Shown: positions 10,093 to 21,434 of the stretch, one piece after another | How positions within the stretch are numbered: the first letter of the stretch is position 1 | How the letters are laid out: each line of letters opens with the position of its first letter | Assembly: GCA_963779615.1 (NCBI GenBank) | Contig: CAVZZA010000004.1 | Location: 282,399 to 346,398, forward strand | DNA length: 64,000 nt | From: an uncultured Nitrososphaeraceae archaeon | Lineage (GTDB): Archaea > Thermoproteota > Nitrososphaeria > Nitrososphaerales > Nitrososphaeraceae | Direction: 5' to 3' | The notes under the pieces: generated by a model | What the model saw: the letters and a program-made list of their open reading frames with translations, nothing else | What the model was told of the DNA's origin: nothing | Databases searched by the model: none | Made by a program: the position numbers and the translations under genes

Positions 10093-11340
10093 GTGAATAT
10101 GCACATAGAGAAATATAAACACATGAGATTAGATTATCCACCTAGTTATACCGAAAGGATAGGAGCAGTTAGTATCCATGCGCTTCAGAAGATTTATGAA
10201 ATTGATTCCGGAAAGATGCCCAGGTTTAATGGCCTTCGACAGCACCAGTCCATAAAGGCATTTGGTTATGACGAGTTGTCGAGCATATTCCAAGAAATGG
10301 CCATAGTAATCCCGGTGAAGAACGAAAAAATCAGTCTCCTCGAAGGAGTCTTGAGCGGTATTCCAAATGAATGCCTTATCATCATAGTTTCCAATAGTCA
10401 AAGAACTCCTGTCGACAGGTTTTCCATGGAGGTTGAAATGGTAAGGCAATACTCTAGTTTTGCGGATAAGAAGATAATGATTATTCACCAAAATGATCCC
10501 GAGCTAGCCAATGCTTTTAAGAAAATAAAGTATACATCCATTCTTACCACCAAAAGGCAGGTTCGTAGCGGAAAGGCTGAAGGAATGATAATTGGGATTT
10601 TGTTGGCGAAAATCCACCAAAAAGAATACATTGGGTTTATTGACAGTGATAATTATTTTCCAGGAGCAGTAAACGAATATGTCAAGATTTTTGCGTCTGG
10701 ATTTGGAATGTCAACCACCCCATACAGCAATGTCAGAATATCATGGCGTTCCAAACCCAAAATCGTAAACAACTCATTGCAATTTCCAAGGTGGGGAAGA
10801 ATTTCAGAATCCAGTAACAAGTACCTGAACGCCTTAATATCTCACATTACAGGCTTTGAAAGGGACATCATCGCTACAGGAAATGCAGGTGAACATGCAT
10901 TATCCATGTCCCTTGCAGAAAATCTCAATTATTCAAGTGGATACTCAGTTGAGCCCTATGAGTTTATCAATATTTTGGAAAAGTTTGGGGGCCTACTGCC
11001 GTCAAACAATCCTGACATCATAGAAAAAGGAATCGAGATATTTCAGATAGAAACTAGGAATCCACACTTTCATGAGGAAAAAGGAAATGACCATTTGACA
11101 GGGATGATGCAAGAATCCCTTCTTGCGATAAACAATAGCAAAATTTGCAACACAAAATTAACAAGAGAAATAAATGATCATTTACTCATGCTTCAGGTGA
11201 AACACAATAATGACATGACCAAACTCAACTACAAGAAAAGACACGTCATAATGGATCCCATAAAAATAATACCCATTGACAAATTTGCTGAATTAGTGGT
11301 TAAAAACTCCAAAACCTTTATCAAAATCAAAACTAGGTAG
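10093..11340 (+). CDS. mpgS: Mannosyl-3-phosphoglycerate synthase (GT55)
   Basis: AIVIPVKNE, LEGVLSGIP, VRSGKAEGM, GFIDSDNYFPG, WGRISE, NAGEHA, ETRNPHFHEEKG; likely start ATG 10123. Confidence 0.93.
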   Translation: MNMHIEKYKHMRLDYPPSYTERIGAVSIHALQKIYEIDSGKMPRFNGLRQHQSIKAFGYDELSSIFQEMAIVIPVKNEKISLLEGVLSGIPNECLIIIVSNSQRTPVDRFSMEVEMVRQYSSFADKKIMIIHQNDPELANAFKKIKYTSILTTKRQVRSGKAEGMIIGILLAKIHQKEYIGFIDSDNYFPGAVNEYVKIFASGFGMSTTPYSNVRISWRSKPKIVNNSLQFPRWGRISESSNKYLNALISHITGFERDIIATGNAGEHALSMSLAENLNYSSGYSVEPYEFINILEKFGGLLPSNNPDIIEKGIEIFQIETRNPHFHEEKGNDHLTGMMQESLLAINNSKICNTKLTREINDHLLMLQVKHNNDMTKLNYKKRHVIMDPIKIIPIDKFAELVVKNSKTFIKIKTR

Positions 11341-11715
11341 AAACATGCAGGAATTTGCTTTTGAGGCCAACAGGTTCACTAAATTATGATTGGTTTTTTC
11401 ATCCATCAAATTGAACCCTTGTCAATCCATTTCACCATCCCCAACCATGTAAGTATTCGATTATTGGCCGTTTTTTCAGGCACCACAAAAAAGTTTCTAT
11501 TTTTAGAAACAACTTATAAGGACAAAAAATAACTGGTTTGCTGGTCTTTTTTGGTGGTTTGGTAACATGGTAATGTTTGAACCTTTTGTTCTTCAGCATG
11601 CCAAATAGGAGAATCAGCATATTCGCCCATTGTTATCCAAAAAGATAATTATTGATTGCATCCGCATAACAACATCTCCAAAGATTTTATTTTCCTCTTT
11701 CCATAGTATCAGTTA

Positions 11716-11985
11716 CTAAGTTGGGTATTTTTCCAATTCCCTTGTGTTTTTGTTTATCACATATTTTTCTGGATCATATCCATACTTTTTGCCCAACTCA
11801 TTCATGTACTCCTGAACTTCATGCCAAGCTTTATGCTTGTCATATGGACTGCCATTTAGGCTACTACCTCCACTACCTAAGGTGGATTTCGATGATGCAT
11901 CCAAAGCTGTTTGGTATAACCTTGATATCTTATTAAACTCCTCATCGGTTAATTTTATATTTTTACAATTGTTATTGCTAGTCAT
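11716..11985 (-). CDS. Hypothetical protein
   Basis: 89-aa ATG ORF with protein-like composition. Confidence 0.6.
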   Translation of the reverse strand: MTSNNNCKNIKLTDEEFNKISRLYQTALDASSKSTLGSGGSSLNGSPYDKHKAWHEVQEYMNELGKKYGYDPEKYVINKNTRELEKYPT

Positions 11986-12679
11986 TCATTATTACCTTAC
12001 TGGTAAATATTTGGTGTTCAAACATATCTGTTTCTTTTGGCAAAATGAAGTTAGCCTTGTTAATACTTTTTGAATAATTGGAATTTCATAACACGAAATG
12101 CATATTTATGCATTAATTTCGTTTTGTTTGTTGTTTTCATGTTAAACAGGTGTTTTTTCATGTAAAACCTTTGCGACGATTAGTGATTTATTGCATTTCA
12201 CCAAACACCATATTTTAAAATTGAAAACCATATTTTCCAAAATCCACCTACAGCATATCAAAAGATTATGCCATAGATAAAATAGGCGGTGTGAAACAAA
12301 TTACATCAGAGCGCAAATGGAATGTCTTCAGTATTAATCTGAATACCCTCTTTTCATGATCCCAAAGGTATCGAGTTTAAGGCATTGCCATGCGCTATTT
12401 AGTATTCAGAAGGAAAATAGCGAATATCTGAAACTTGATATCCCAAACAACAATGTGCTGCTGCTCCCAGAATCCATTCATGAAATTGATTCATTTGGGA
12501 GCGCACTAATGCTCAAATTGGCATACGGAATTGCCACAAAAACAGGCCTAACGTAATTGCTTTTCGCATAAATGTTTTTTGTTTAGGTTTGACACTTTTT
12601 TTATTTTCTTCCAATAACTTGTTGATTAGTAATGATATTATTACTTGCCATCACCTGCAATTTATTGTAACGAACAGAC

Positions 12680-14143
12680 ATGCCACTAAACCTCACAGAT
12701 AAAAGCTGGTCAACTTTAGCAATTCTAAGCACAATTGGTTTGACTGTAATGTACATCGAAACTATGGTTGCACCAGCACTACCAGATTTTATTAATGATT
12801 TTAATATTTCCTACAGTACCGCCCCGTGGATACTCACGTCCTATTTGGTAGTTGCAGTTGTCATGACTCCGATTATGGGTAGCCTTTCTGACATATATGG
12901 TAGAAAAAGGATACTTTTGGCTGGTCTTGCGATATATGCAGCGGGTACTTTTGCAGCAGGGTTTGCAAACAACATTTACTTTATGTTGATTGCAAGAGCG
13001 GTTCAGGGTGTTGGAATTGGCATATTTCCGGTGGCTGTAGCCATAGTCAGAAATCAATCAACCGAGAAGAGACTTGCATTCAATCAAGGAATAATTACCT
13101 CGATGTTTGCAACCGGAGCCGTTATTGGTTTGGCGGCAGGCGGCACAATAATACATTACCTTGGGTGGCGGGCCACCTTCTTTACAATACTGCCCGTGGT
13201 AATAATACTCATAGCGTTGGTGTGGCGATTTGTCCATGATAATGGTGATGACAGCAGCAGTAAAAGTAACCATAAATACGATAGCAAATCCCCAACTGGC
13301 GATAGAGAGACTAATAAAAAATTTAGGGTAGACATCAAGGGGGCAATATTGTTTTCTATTGGAATAACCTCTATTCTTCTCGTAATAACTAATGTTGGTG
13401 ACAAAATGTCCTTCAACGACTGGATTGTTGTTGGTATATTATCTTTAACAGGGATTATCTCTTTATCAACATTCTACCATATCGAAAATAGAGTACCATT
13501 TCCGTTGATCGATTTCAAGCTAGTGTTAAGTAACGTCTTACTGTCTGCCAATATTTTGAGGATGATCGCCGGATTGTTTATGTTTGCAATATTAAACACC
13601 ATGCCAATTCTTATCAGAAACCCAGAACCAGCTGGTTTTGGCGAAAGCGCCATAAATGCCGCATACATTATTGTCCCATTTATGCTGGCATACCTTATAG
13701 TCGGACTAGCTTCAGGTTTTGTACTATCAAAGCTTGGAAATACTAGAGTTATTCTTGTAGGGTCTGTAATTGGCGCCATTGGTTTCACAACTCTTGTCTT
13801 GTTTTTTCACTCAATTGTGCCCCTATTAGCGGGTCTTGCTATCTTGGGCATTGGGTCTCAAATGCTTCATCAAGGCGCGGTTAACATAAACTTGGTTTCA
13901 ACTCCAAAGCATCAAACTGGGATTTCTTTTGGGATTAGTAATGTGTTTTACCTTATGGGAAGTGCAATTGGCCCAACTGTTGTTGGAATGTATATGCAGG
14001 CAAATCAGGTATCCATAAATGGGATAGTCGGCTCATTTCCCTCATCACAATCATATGTCCTGATATTTTCCACGGGCATAGCATTATCGCTACTAACTAT
14101 TATAATTGACATTTACATAATAAATAATAAAAAAAACTCATAG
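12680..14143 (+). CDS. MFS transporter (14-TM drug:H+ antiporter-like)
   Basis: GSLSDIYGRKR motif A, ARAVQGVG, WRATF, PLIDFKL; many TM segments. Confidence 0.92.
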   Translation: MPLNLTDKSWSTLAILSTIGLTVMYIETMVAPALPDFINDFNISYSTAPWILTSYLVVAVVMTPIMGSLSDIYGRKRILLAGLAIYAAGTFAAGFANNIYFMLIARAVQGVGIGIFPVAVAIVRNQSTEKRLAFNQGIITSMFATGAVIGLAAGGTIIHYLGWRATFFTILPVVIILIALVWRFVHDNGDDSSSKSNHKYDSKSPTGDRETNKKFRVDIKGAILFSIGITSILLVITNVGDKMSFNDWIVVGILSLTGIISLSTFYHIENRVPFPLIDFKLVLSNVLLSANILRMIAGLFMFAILNTMPILIRNPEPAGFGESAINAAYIIVPFMLAYLIVGLASGFVLSKLGNTRVILVGSVIGAIGFTTLVLFFHSIVPLLAGLAILGIGSQMLHQGAVNINLVSTPKHQTGISFGISNVFYLMGSAIGPTVVGMYMQANQVSINGIVGSFPSSQSYVLIFSTGIALSLLTIIIDIYIINNKKNS

Positions 14144-14449
14144 CAATATTGTCATGCCAAAGTCATTCATCATACTTTTAAATCACGGGACCTTTTTTCA
14201 TAAAAAAACGGTTTGCTAGAGGAAGAATCCCACCACAACACTTCATTCCCCTAACGCAAATAACTAGGATAAAGATCAGATGATGAAGACCGATAAGAAT
14301 GTTAAATGAATTGATAAAAAGCGTTTTAATATTGGGAAAAAAAGTAATTCCCATTTCAGGGTTATCGTCATCAAAAATCAAATTAGACAAACCAAATCAA
14401 TGCTGGTATGCCTTTTTGATTAAGCTTGCAAAATTTTAACTAAACAATC

Positions 14450-14588
14450 TGCCTTGTTGCATAACTATGAAACTCGTCAATTTAAAATAGAGATCACATA
14501 TCAGGATAATGCGAATATCGATCGTTCCTCTCACGGAAATAAAACTAACACGCCTAAAAAATACGAAAATGAGTCATGCAACAAAGCA
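14450..14588. mobile_element. MITE-like element, copy A (139 bp)
   Basis: Imperfect TIR TGCCTTGTTGCATAACT...AGTCATGCAACAAAGCA flanked by an exact 8-bp direct repeat AAACAATC (14442-14449, 14589-14596). Confidence 0.75.
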
Positions 14589-14742
14589 AAACAATCATTA
14601 AAATAAATTGTATTTTTAGGAATTGCAAATTTTTTACATTTTCTTATAAAAAGAACAGGAAATTGACACATACACCTGCCTAATAATATGAGATTAAAGA
14701 AAAATGCAGCTGGTTATATAATATGTTAAGAATTATAACCTG

Positions 14743-15024
14743 ATGACAAGCTCAAGTGAAAATAGCAGCGATAGAGAATTTGAAGAGGGTGCAGCAGGCA
14801 CAAATAAAGATAGAAAAAGTGATCCATTAAAAGAGTTTGAAGATAAAGAAGCAATGACACCGGCAAAAATAAATGCAGGGGAACCAACCGCTGTAAAGAG
14901 AGACCCCTCAGACCAAAAGATAACGGGGGAAGGCCAAACAGGAGCAGATACCGAGCAAGCAAATGAGCAATTACGTAAACGTGGCATGACCAAACTCGAT
15001 TCTGATTCTTCTAACACATCATAA
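14743..15024 (+). CDS. Small hydrophilic (hydrophilin-like) protein
   Basis: 93 aa, rich in charged residues, Gly and Thr, no Trp/Cys; TATA-like TTATATATAA just upstream. Confidence 0.7.
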   Translation: MTSSSENSSDREFEEGAAGTNKDRKSDPLKEFEDKEAMTPAKINAGEPTAVKRDPSDQKITGEGQTGADTEQANEQLRKRGMTKLDSDSSNTS

Positions 15025-15615
15025 ATACAGAACCAAATAAAAAAGAGGAAGAATAATTTTTTTATGCCAATACCCTTTTTTTTGTGTATTTCAAAAATTG
15101 TGAGACGAACTCAACATAAATTGATCCACCCCCATTTCAGAATTGCATTAAAAAAATAACAAAAAAACGGCACATCTTTAAACTAAGTATTATCCATAAC
15201 CCTTTTTATCATCAGCCCTGTCAAATTCTAAAGAAACAAAAAATTTGCAAAAATACGGAACAACAAGATAAATTTTACCAAGTAAAAAATATGAATTAGG
15301 ACCCATCCGTAGCTAGAAGACAACCTTTTTTATCAGGCATAGATACCCACCCACCTATAGAAATTATATTTTCATTTGCGTATTGTGGTTATTATACAAT
15401 AAACTGATAGAAACTCTATTTGATGTCAAATATGCGAATGATGCCATCAAATGCAAGATTTGGCCTTTTAGCCAGTTGCATCAATATAATACATGTTTTT
15501 TGTTGTATTTTATTAGATTTACAAAAAATATCTAAACATCAGTTAAAAATGCAAACAAAAAAACAATAACAAAACACGGTACAGCATACACTATATAAAG
15601 AATACTATTGTCATA

Positions 15616-15885
15616 ATGTTTGCTATGATAAATTATCTTAAATTGACAACAACTGTTACTGCTTTGTTTATTGTTACAATAATGACAGTGGGAGCAACGT
15701 CAAATGTTAGTGCGCAACAAAACGCAACAGGAATCGCAGACACAACCAACAACAATGGAGTTCCAGATGCGGCCGTTGGCGGCAGTAGTGGTACCAACAG
15801 TAGCATAGGTGGTAACACTAGTGACATAATCGAAACTATTAGTGGTAACAATAGTGGCGAAGACAACGGAGATAAATTTCAATAG
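15616..15885 (+). CDS. Small secreted low-complexity protein
   Basis: Signal peptide ending VSA-Q, N/G/S/T-rich mature part, TATATAAA ~20 bp upstream. Confidence 0.65.
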   Translation: MFAMINYLKLTTTVTALFIVTIMTVGATSNVSAQQNATGIADTTNNNGVPDAAVGGSSGTNSSIGGNTSDIIETISGNNSGEDNGDKFQ

Positions 15886-16191
15886 GTTTTACCACCATTA
15901 CTTTTGTTATGGTAACCCTCATGCCATCCTCCACTGATTTGTGATACCTTTAATAGTTTCATTATTGTTGCTTTGATGGTGCCAGATTGAGGTTATGGCG
16001 AACCACTTGGATTTATTTGATTGTTATTGAAGGTGCAAACCCTAAAAGGCATTATAACAAATAGAAATAACACTCAAAGATTTTTGTATAAAACGGCTTT
16101 TAATACTACGTATAAAAAGCCTGTTCCCGATATTTTCAAATAGAATTGATCTGATAGCACATTTTTTAGTGTGGTCTCTCCACCATACGTT

Positions 16192-16476
16192 TTATTTTAA
16201 CTCCACAAAAACATTCACAGGAATACCATTTGCTCTCAATCCAATCCTAATATTACCCTGCTCGTATTCAATGTCTCCAATACTATCCTTTAACCCTCTT
16301 GAGGCAAAATGTAAACGATTACTTTTTAGGTTTACTTTATATGTTCCAGTTTTTTCGTTATGGATTCCAGACACAAACTGAATATTTTTTCCATTTACCA
16401 ACTCATATAGTTCCCTACAAACAGGTTTGATTATCTCCCACGTTTCTTTCTCCGTCAAGTCTTTATTCAATATCAT
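16192..16476 (-). CDS. Hypothetical protein
   Basis: 94-aa ATG ORF with globular composition. Confidence 0.65.
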   Translation of the reverse strand: MILNKDLTEKETWEIIKPVCRELYELVNGKNIQFVSGIHNEKTGTYKVNLKSNRLHFASRGLKDSIGDIEYEQGNIRIGLRANGIPVNVFVELK

Positions 16477-17032
16477 AAGCAGGTTTTTTCTTGTTTTTAT
16501 TGTTTATACAATGTTTAATTTTCTCATTCAGTAAAATATGCTTTTTCGTTAACATTATATTTGATTTGGTTAAGGTGAATGATAAAAGGCATAACGTAAA
16601 AGGGATTTTCACAGACAAATTCATCTTCAGATTGAATACATTTTTACCCACAGTTAAAAGAATGCCTCCAGGTTATCGCTTATCTAAACAGCCATATGTT
16701 TAAAGCGATTAAAATCAGTTTCCTTCTGCTTCAAACATGCAGGTTTTTATTATATCCAATCACAATATTTCAAGTCAACAGAAACCTTCATGATGGTCCA
16801 ACCATAAAACAGGGGAATCCTTTCAAATAGGAAACAATATAAAGGATGGGGATGCTAAGGATGTAAAAGACCCATATTTTTCAATCTCAGGGCTATGTGT
16901 TGCCCAATAGACAAAAATTCGGTAAAAAACTACCATGTAAAAAATCACCTGAAATGTGTGGTATACTTTCTTATATTGCCTTTTTCAAAACGCATTTAAC
17001 TCGTATTTGAAAACTATTAGTGTTGAATCCAA

Positions 17033-17914
17033 ATGGAACTTAATGCAGCAGTTATTGTGAAACTCGAGCCTGATTTTTCTGAAGGAAACGTAAGTTATAA
17101 TTCAGATGGAACACTAAACAGGGCCGAAACAAAAAATATTTTGGGGCCCCATAGCGCGGCAGCATCCCTGGCAGCCCTGTATTCCAAAGTAAAGCATGGA
17201 ACGCATGTTTCTGTGGGTACAATGGGCCCTCCAATTGCAGAATCGGCTTTACAGCAGTCTCAACTGATTTGCGACGCTGATGAACTGCATCTTTATAGTG
17301 ACCGAATTTTTGCAGGTGCTGACACTCTGGCTACGGCTGAGGTTTTGAGGGCAGGAATAAAGAAAATGGCAAATGGTAAAGGTATAGACATTGTTTTCTC
17401 GGGGCACAGGGCCTCAGATGGCGAGACAGGGCAAACAGGACCTCAAACAGCATGGAAACTAGGTTATCCGTTCCTTGGAAATGTTATTGATTATGACATC
17501 GATGTTGTAAATAGAATCGTTAGGGCACAACGCCTAATCAAAATTTATGGTCATCATGATATAATGGAGGAGATGGAGGCGCCTTTGCCCGTTTTTATCA
17601 CATTGGACCCGTCCTATAATCCATTTTTTAATACAGTATCCCAAAGGCTAAGACTGGCGCGAAATCAGCAGGAAGCCCAAGACAGATCATACAGGTATAA
17701 AGAATACCTTAAAACTTTCAATGCTGAAGCCCTGGAGGTAAGTCCCAAGTCTGTTGGACTACCCGGCTCGCCGACCATAGTTTATAAAGTCGAAAAGATT
17801 CCAAGGGCAAAGGCAAATAGAAAAGCGGATGTTATTGATGGGTCTAGCCAGGAGGGCTTGAGGCAAGTTGCTGGTCGAATCCATAATGTTTTAGGGGGTA
17901 TAATAATAAAGTGA
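17033..17914 (+). CDS. etfB: Electron transfer flavoprotein beta subunit (FixA/EtfB)
   Basis: TMGPP, SDRIFAGADTLATA, GHRASDGETGQTGPQ, VGLPGSPT. Confidence 0.92.
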   Translation: MELNAAVIVKLEPDFSEGNVSYNSDGTLNRAETKNILGPHSAAASLAALYSKVKHGTHVSVGTMGPPIAESALQQSQLICDADELHLYSDRIFAGADTLATAEVLRAGIKKMANGKGIDIVFSGHRASDGETGQTGPQTAWKLGYPFLGNVIDYDIDVVNRIVRAQRLIKIYGHHDIMEEMEAPLPVFITLDPSYNPFFNTVSQRLRLARNQQEAQDRSYRYKEYLKTFNAEALEVSPKSVGLPGSPTIVYKVEKIPRAKANRKADVIDGSSQEGLRQVAGRIHNVLGGIIIK

Positions 17915-19209
17915 CATCATTGCTATCTTCCGCATCCAGCACAAAAATAGGCGGAAAGCCACAACAAGAGGTAGTAATTGATGACAAGATAGAAAAAGAG
18001 GAGACGCAACAAGAAAGAGAGGAAAACAACAGGCATCTGTATGTTGTAATGGAACAAGAGGAAGGCACCATATTGCCTGTGAGTTTTGAAATGCTTGGGG
18101 AAGCAAGAAGGCTAATGGATGACTTTAATCGGAAATACAAGCCAGAGGAAAAAGTGGTTGCAATTTTACTTGGCCATAACATTAAGCACTTGAGTCAGGA
18201 GTTAATCTCCCATGGTGCAGACGCGGTAATTTGTGCCGACCACCCGGAGCTCCGCTATTCCAGAAACCTTCTGTATACAAAAGTTGTTTGCCAAATTGCC
18301 ACGGATAAAGAGTGTGCCACTAAAGTTTCATCATCAAATCCTAATTTCAACAGGCCCCGCTACATGTTTTTTTCTGCTGACGACACGGGAAGGCATCTGT
18401 CATCAACGGTAATGGCAGAATTACAATCAGGGCTGGCATCAGATATAAACAAACTAGTAATCAATGATTTAGAAATAAGGCATGAACACAAGACAAAGGG
18501 TAAACCCATTGTCTATGAAAAGACACTTGAAATGTACAGGCCAGATTTTTCAGGCTTTCTTTGGACCACAATACTTTGTTTGGACAACCTCAATCCAGAA
18601 AACAAAAAGAAATTTCATCCACAGGCATGCAGCATAATCCCAGGCGTCTTTCCTCAAATGGAAGGTGATGCAAATAGAAAGGGAACAACAATAGAGTTTA
18701 GCCCAGCCATAGAACAGGAAGATCTTAGAGTAAAAATAACTAATAGAAGAGTAATCAAAAGCAAAGTTGATTTTAGCAATAAAAAAATTATAGTTAGTTT
18801 TGGAAGGGGGATAAAGGAGGCGCCAGAACAAAACATAAAACTGATAGAGGCTTTTGCAAAAGAAATAGAAGCAGAAATAGGCATATCATTGCCCATATCA
18901 AAAAAACCCTATCCAATAAACGAAAGTCTGTCGTCAACCTATATGATTCCAGACAGGGTTATCGGTACGAGCGGAAGAAAGGTAAATCCTTTGATATATT
19001 TCGCAGTGGGAATAAGCGGGGCCGTTCAACACATTGCCGGGATGAAAGAATCAGAATTTGTAATCGCTATCAATCAGGATAGTGAGGCCCCAATAATAGA
19101 TGAATCGGATGTCCTAATCAAAGGAAAAATTGAGCAGGTGCTGCCCCTATTGATAAACGAGTTAAAAAAATACAAAGAGAGACTGCAAATACCACAGGAG
19201 ATAGAATGA
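17911..19209 (+). CDS. etfA: Electron transfer flavoprotein alpha subunit (FixB/EtfA)
   Basis: VSFEMLGEAR, YRPDFSG, VSFGRGI, IGTSGRKVNP..GISGAVQHIAGM, AINQDSEAPI; 4-bp overlap with etfB. Confidence 0.92.
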   Translation: MTSLLSSASSTKIGGKPQQEVVIDDKIEKEETQQEREENNRHLYVVMEQEEGTILPVSFEMLGEARRLMDDFNRKYKPEEKVVAILLGHNIKHLSQELISHGADAVICADHPELRYSRNLLYTKVVCQIATDKECATKVSSSNPNFNRPRYMFFSADDTGRHLSSTVMAELQSGLASDINKLVINDLEIRHEHKTKGKPIVYEKTLEMYRPDFSGFLWTTILCLDNLNPENKKKFHPQACSIIPGVFPQMEGDANRKGTTIEFSPAIEQEDLRVKITNRRVIKSKVDFSNKKIIVSFGRGIKEAPEQNIKLIEAFAKEIEAEIGISLPISKKPYPINESLSSTYMIPDRVIGTSGRKVNPLIYFAVGISGAVQHIAGMKESEFVIAINQDSEAPIIDESDVLIKGKIEQVLPLLINELKKYKERLQIPQEIE

Positions 19210-21084
19210 CAATGGAAAATTTTGACGTAGCGATAATTGGTGGCGGGTCTGCGGGGCTTGCCGCACTTAAACATCTCTCCAATCTGGGAAAGCAAGCAAT
19301 CCTTATTGAAGGCAGGAAAAAAAATAGGGACAAAAAACGTCTCTGGCGGCATACTTTATTCTAAAAAAACAGAAACAGGAAAGGTGCACAATGTGGAAGA
19401 CGTGTTCGATGGTTTTTTGGCAGACGCCCCGTTGGAAAGGAAGATAACAAAATACATGCTTCATGCGGTATCAAAAGAAAAAGCGTTTTCCATGGACCTG
19501 ACTTTGGCACACAACTACCAATCAAATTTTGGGTACACAGTTCTGCTCAACAAACTGCTTTCATGGTTTGCAAAGGAGGCGTCTCAAAGTGCAGAAAAAC
19601 TGGGCGGAGGCATAGTTTCAGGTGTCCATCTAAGGTCAATAATCTGGAAAGACGACAGTACTATAATCATAGAAACAGATGAACTCGAACCGTTTCAGGT
19701 AAAGGCAGTTATTGCCGCTGATGGAGTGAACTCCGAAGTGGCCCAAATAACAGGTGCCAGAAGCAAATTCACACCATCTGACCTTTATCAGGGAGTGAAG
19801 GTGGTGGCAAAATTGCCTGAAGGGTTACTTGAGGAAAGGTTTGAGATATCAGAAAGCGAGGGAGCAGCTCACCTTTTTTCAGGCGACATAACACTAAACC
19901 ACATTGGGGGAGGGTTTCTTTACACCAACAGAGACACAATTTCAATCGGCGCAGTCTATCATTACGATTCCCTGATTGAAAAGCCTACGGAGCCAAATGC
20001 ACTGGTTAATGCGTTACTGTCAAATCCATTTGTGATGGAATTGATAAAGGACGAGGTTCCAAAGATCAAAGAGAATTACAGGGGCCTTTCAAAGGATGAG
20101 GAGCTAAGAATCCGATTCAAATCAAATAAATTGATAAAAAGCTGGAAAGAGCTACATCACCTGTATTATTCACCATCTGCAGTTGAGGAGCTTGTATCGC
20201 AGGGAAAATACAAATCAAGGGAGGAGATCAAGGGCAAAATTGACTCAATATACAATGAGCTGGTCTCAAAATACAGCACAGAATTTGAAACAAACTACGT
20301 GGAGTTAGAGTACAGCGCCAAACTGGTTCCAGACGGGAAAAGGTGTAGGATGAAAAAACCATATTTTAAAAACATTTTATTTATCGGTGACGCTGCGGGT
20401 AGGGGCATTTTCCTGGGTCCCCGCATAGAGGGCCTTAACGTTGGCATTGACGACGCGGTCAGAGCCGCAGAGGCTGTTTCAAGGGCTATAGATCAGAATA
20501 GCTTTCAGTCTGACAGTATTGGCGAACACTATAGAAAATCTGTTGAGGAAAGTCCCTATACCACAGACATGAGCAAGATTGACGCAAACTACCTCAAAGC
20601 CGTTCTTGACTGCACAAAACAAGTTCCCAAAAACATTCTTGGGCACAAGTATGGATCTATTGTTAAATTGATGTCAAACAACACCTTCAGGAACATATCC
20701 ATAGGGATTGCAAACTCCATAGGGTATAGAAGGCTTTTGCCCATTATTGAATCAGATAAAACCTATAATCAGATTCCTGTCGAGATTGCGGAGAGAAACG
20801 GCAAAAATCTGCAGAAAAGCTATTCCATTGACATTCCCACCATTGCCGAGCGCATTGCAAATTTAAACTATAACGACGATTCACTGTCACACATTAAAGT
20901 TCTGAACTCGCAGAGCGACTTTATGAAAAAAATGGTCCACCTGTGTCCTACCAAATGCTATAGCGTTGAGAATGAGCGGATAATGCTCCAGCACGAGGGA
21001 TGCATAGAGTGCGGAACATGTGCAAAAGAGACAGACTGGAAGCATCCTCGCGGAGAAAAAGGAATAATCTATAATTATGGGTAA
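19206..21084 (+). CDS. fixC: FixC-like FAD oxidoreductase fused to C-terminal FixX-like ferredoxin; frameshift near 19310
   Basis: ATG 19206 overlaps the etfA stop and reads MTMENFDVAIIGGGSAGLAA (Rossmann motif) in a different frame from the main ORF (GTKNVSGG, AADGVNS, IGDAAG); C-terminus CPTKCY..CIECGTC..WKHPRGEKGIIYNYG. Confidence 0.88.
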
Positions 21085-21088
21085 AATC

Positions 21089-21129
21089 ATAATCAGAATC
21101 CACTAACATTATAATCAGAATCCACTAAC
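21089..21129. repeat. Short tandem duplication
   Basis: ATAATCAGAATCCACTAAC at 21089-21107 and 21111-21129, just after the fixCX stop. Confidence 0.85.
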
Positions 21130-21215
21130 TTTCCCTTCAGGCAAAAAAGGGCAGGACCGCACGTGCAATAAAAAAACAATGAGGGGGTTTTCAATTGTAA
21201 TTCTTGTGGCGCGTT

Positions 21216-21434
21216 TTACATCTTTTCCCTATTCCCACCACTTTTATTCTTTTTGATGCACTCTATTTCTTCAATTAGTTCATCAACATACTCCCTAATT
21301 TTATCTTGGCTCCCCAACAATCCCCCCGCGTCCGCGTGACAGGTTAAAGAATCTGTTCGCTCTCGAGCCACTGTTTGCATTTTTTCGTCAAGATCCTCAA
21401 TCAACTGAGTAATTGACTGAATAGTTATCTCCAT
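21216..21434 (-). CDS. Hypothetical coiled-coil protein
   Basis: 72-aa ATG ORF, helical and acidic. Confidence 0.55.
   Translation of the reverse strand: MEITIQSITQLIEDLDEKMQTVARERTDSLTCHADAGGLLGSQDKIREYVDELIEEIECIKKNKSGGNREKM

Noticed and set aside
12356-12556. 66-aa ORF with faint cupin-like LLPESIHEI
   Set aside because: Too short and degenerate to assign
19237-19310. Listed start of the 615-aa ORF (MVAGLRG...)
   Set aside because: The true N-terminus with the GxGxxG motif starts at 19206 in another frame
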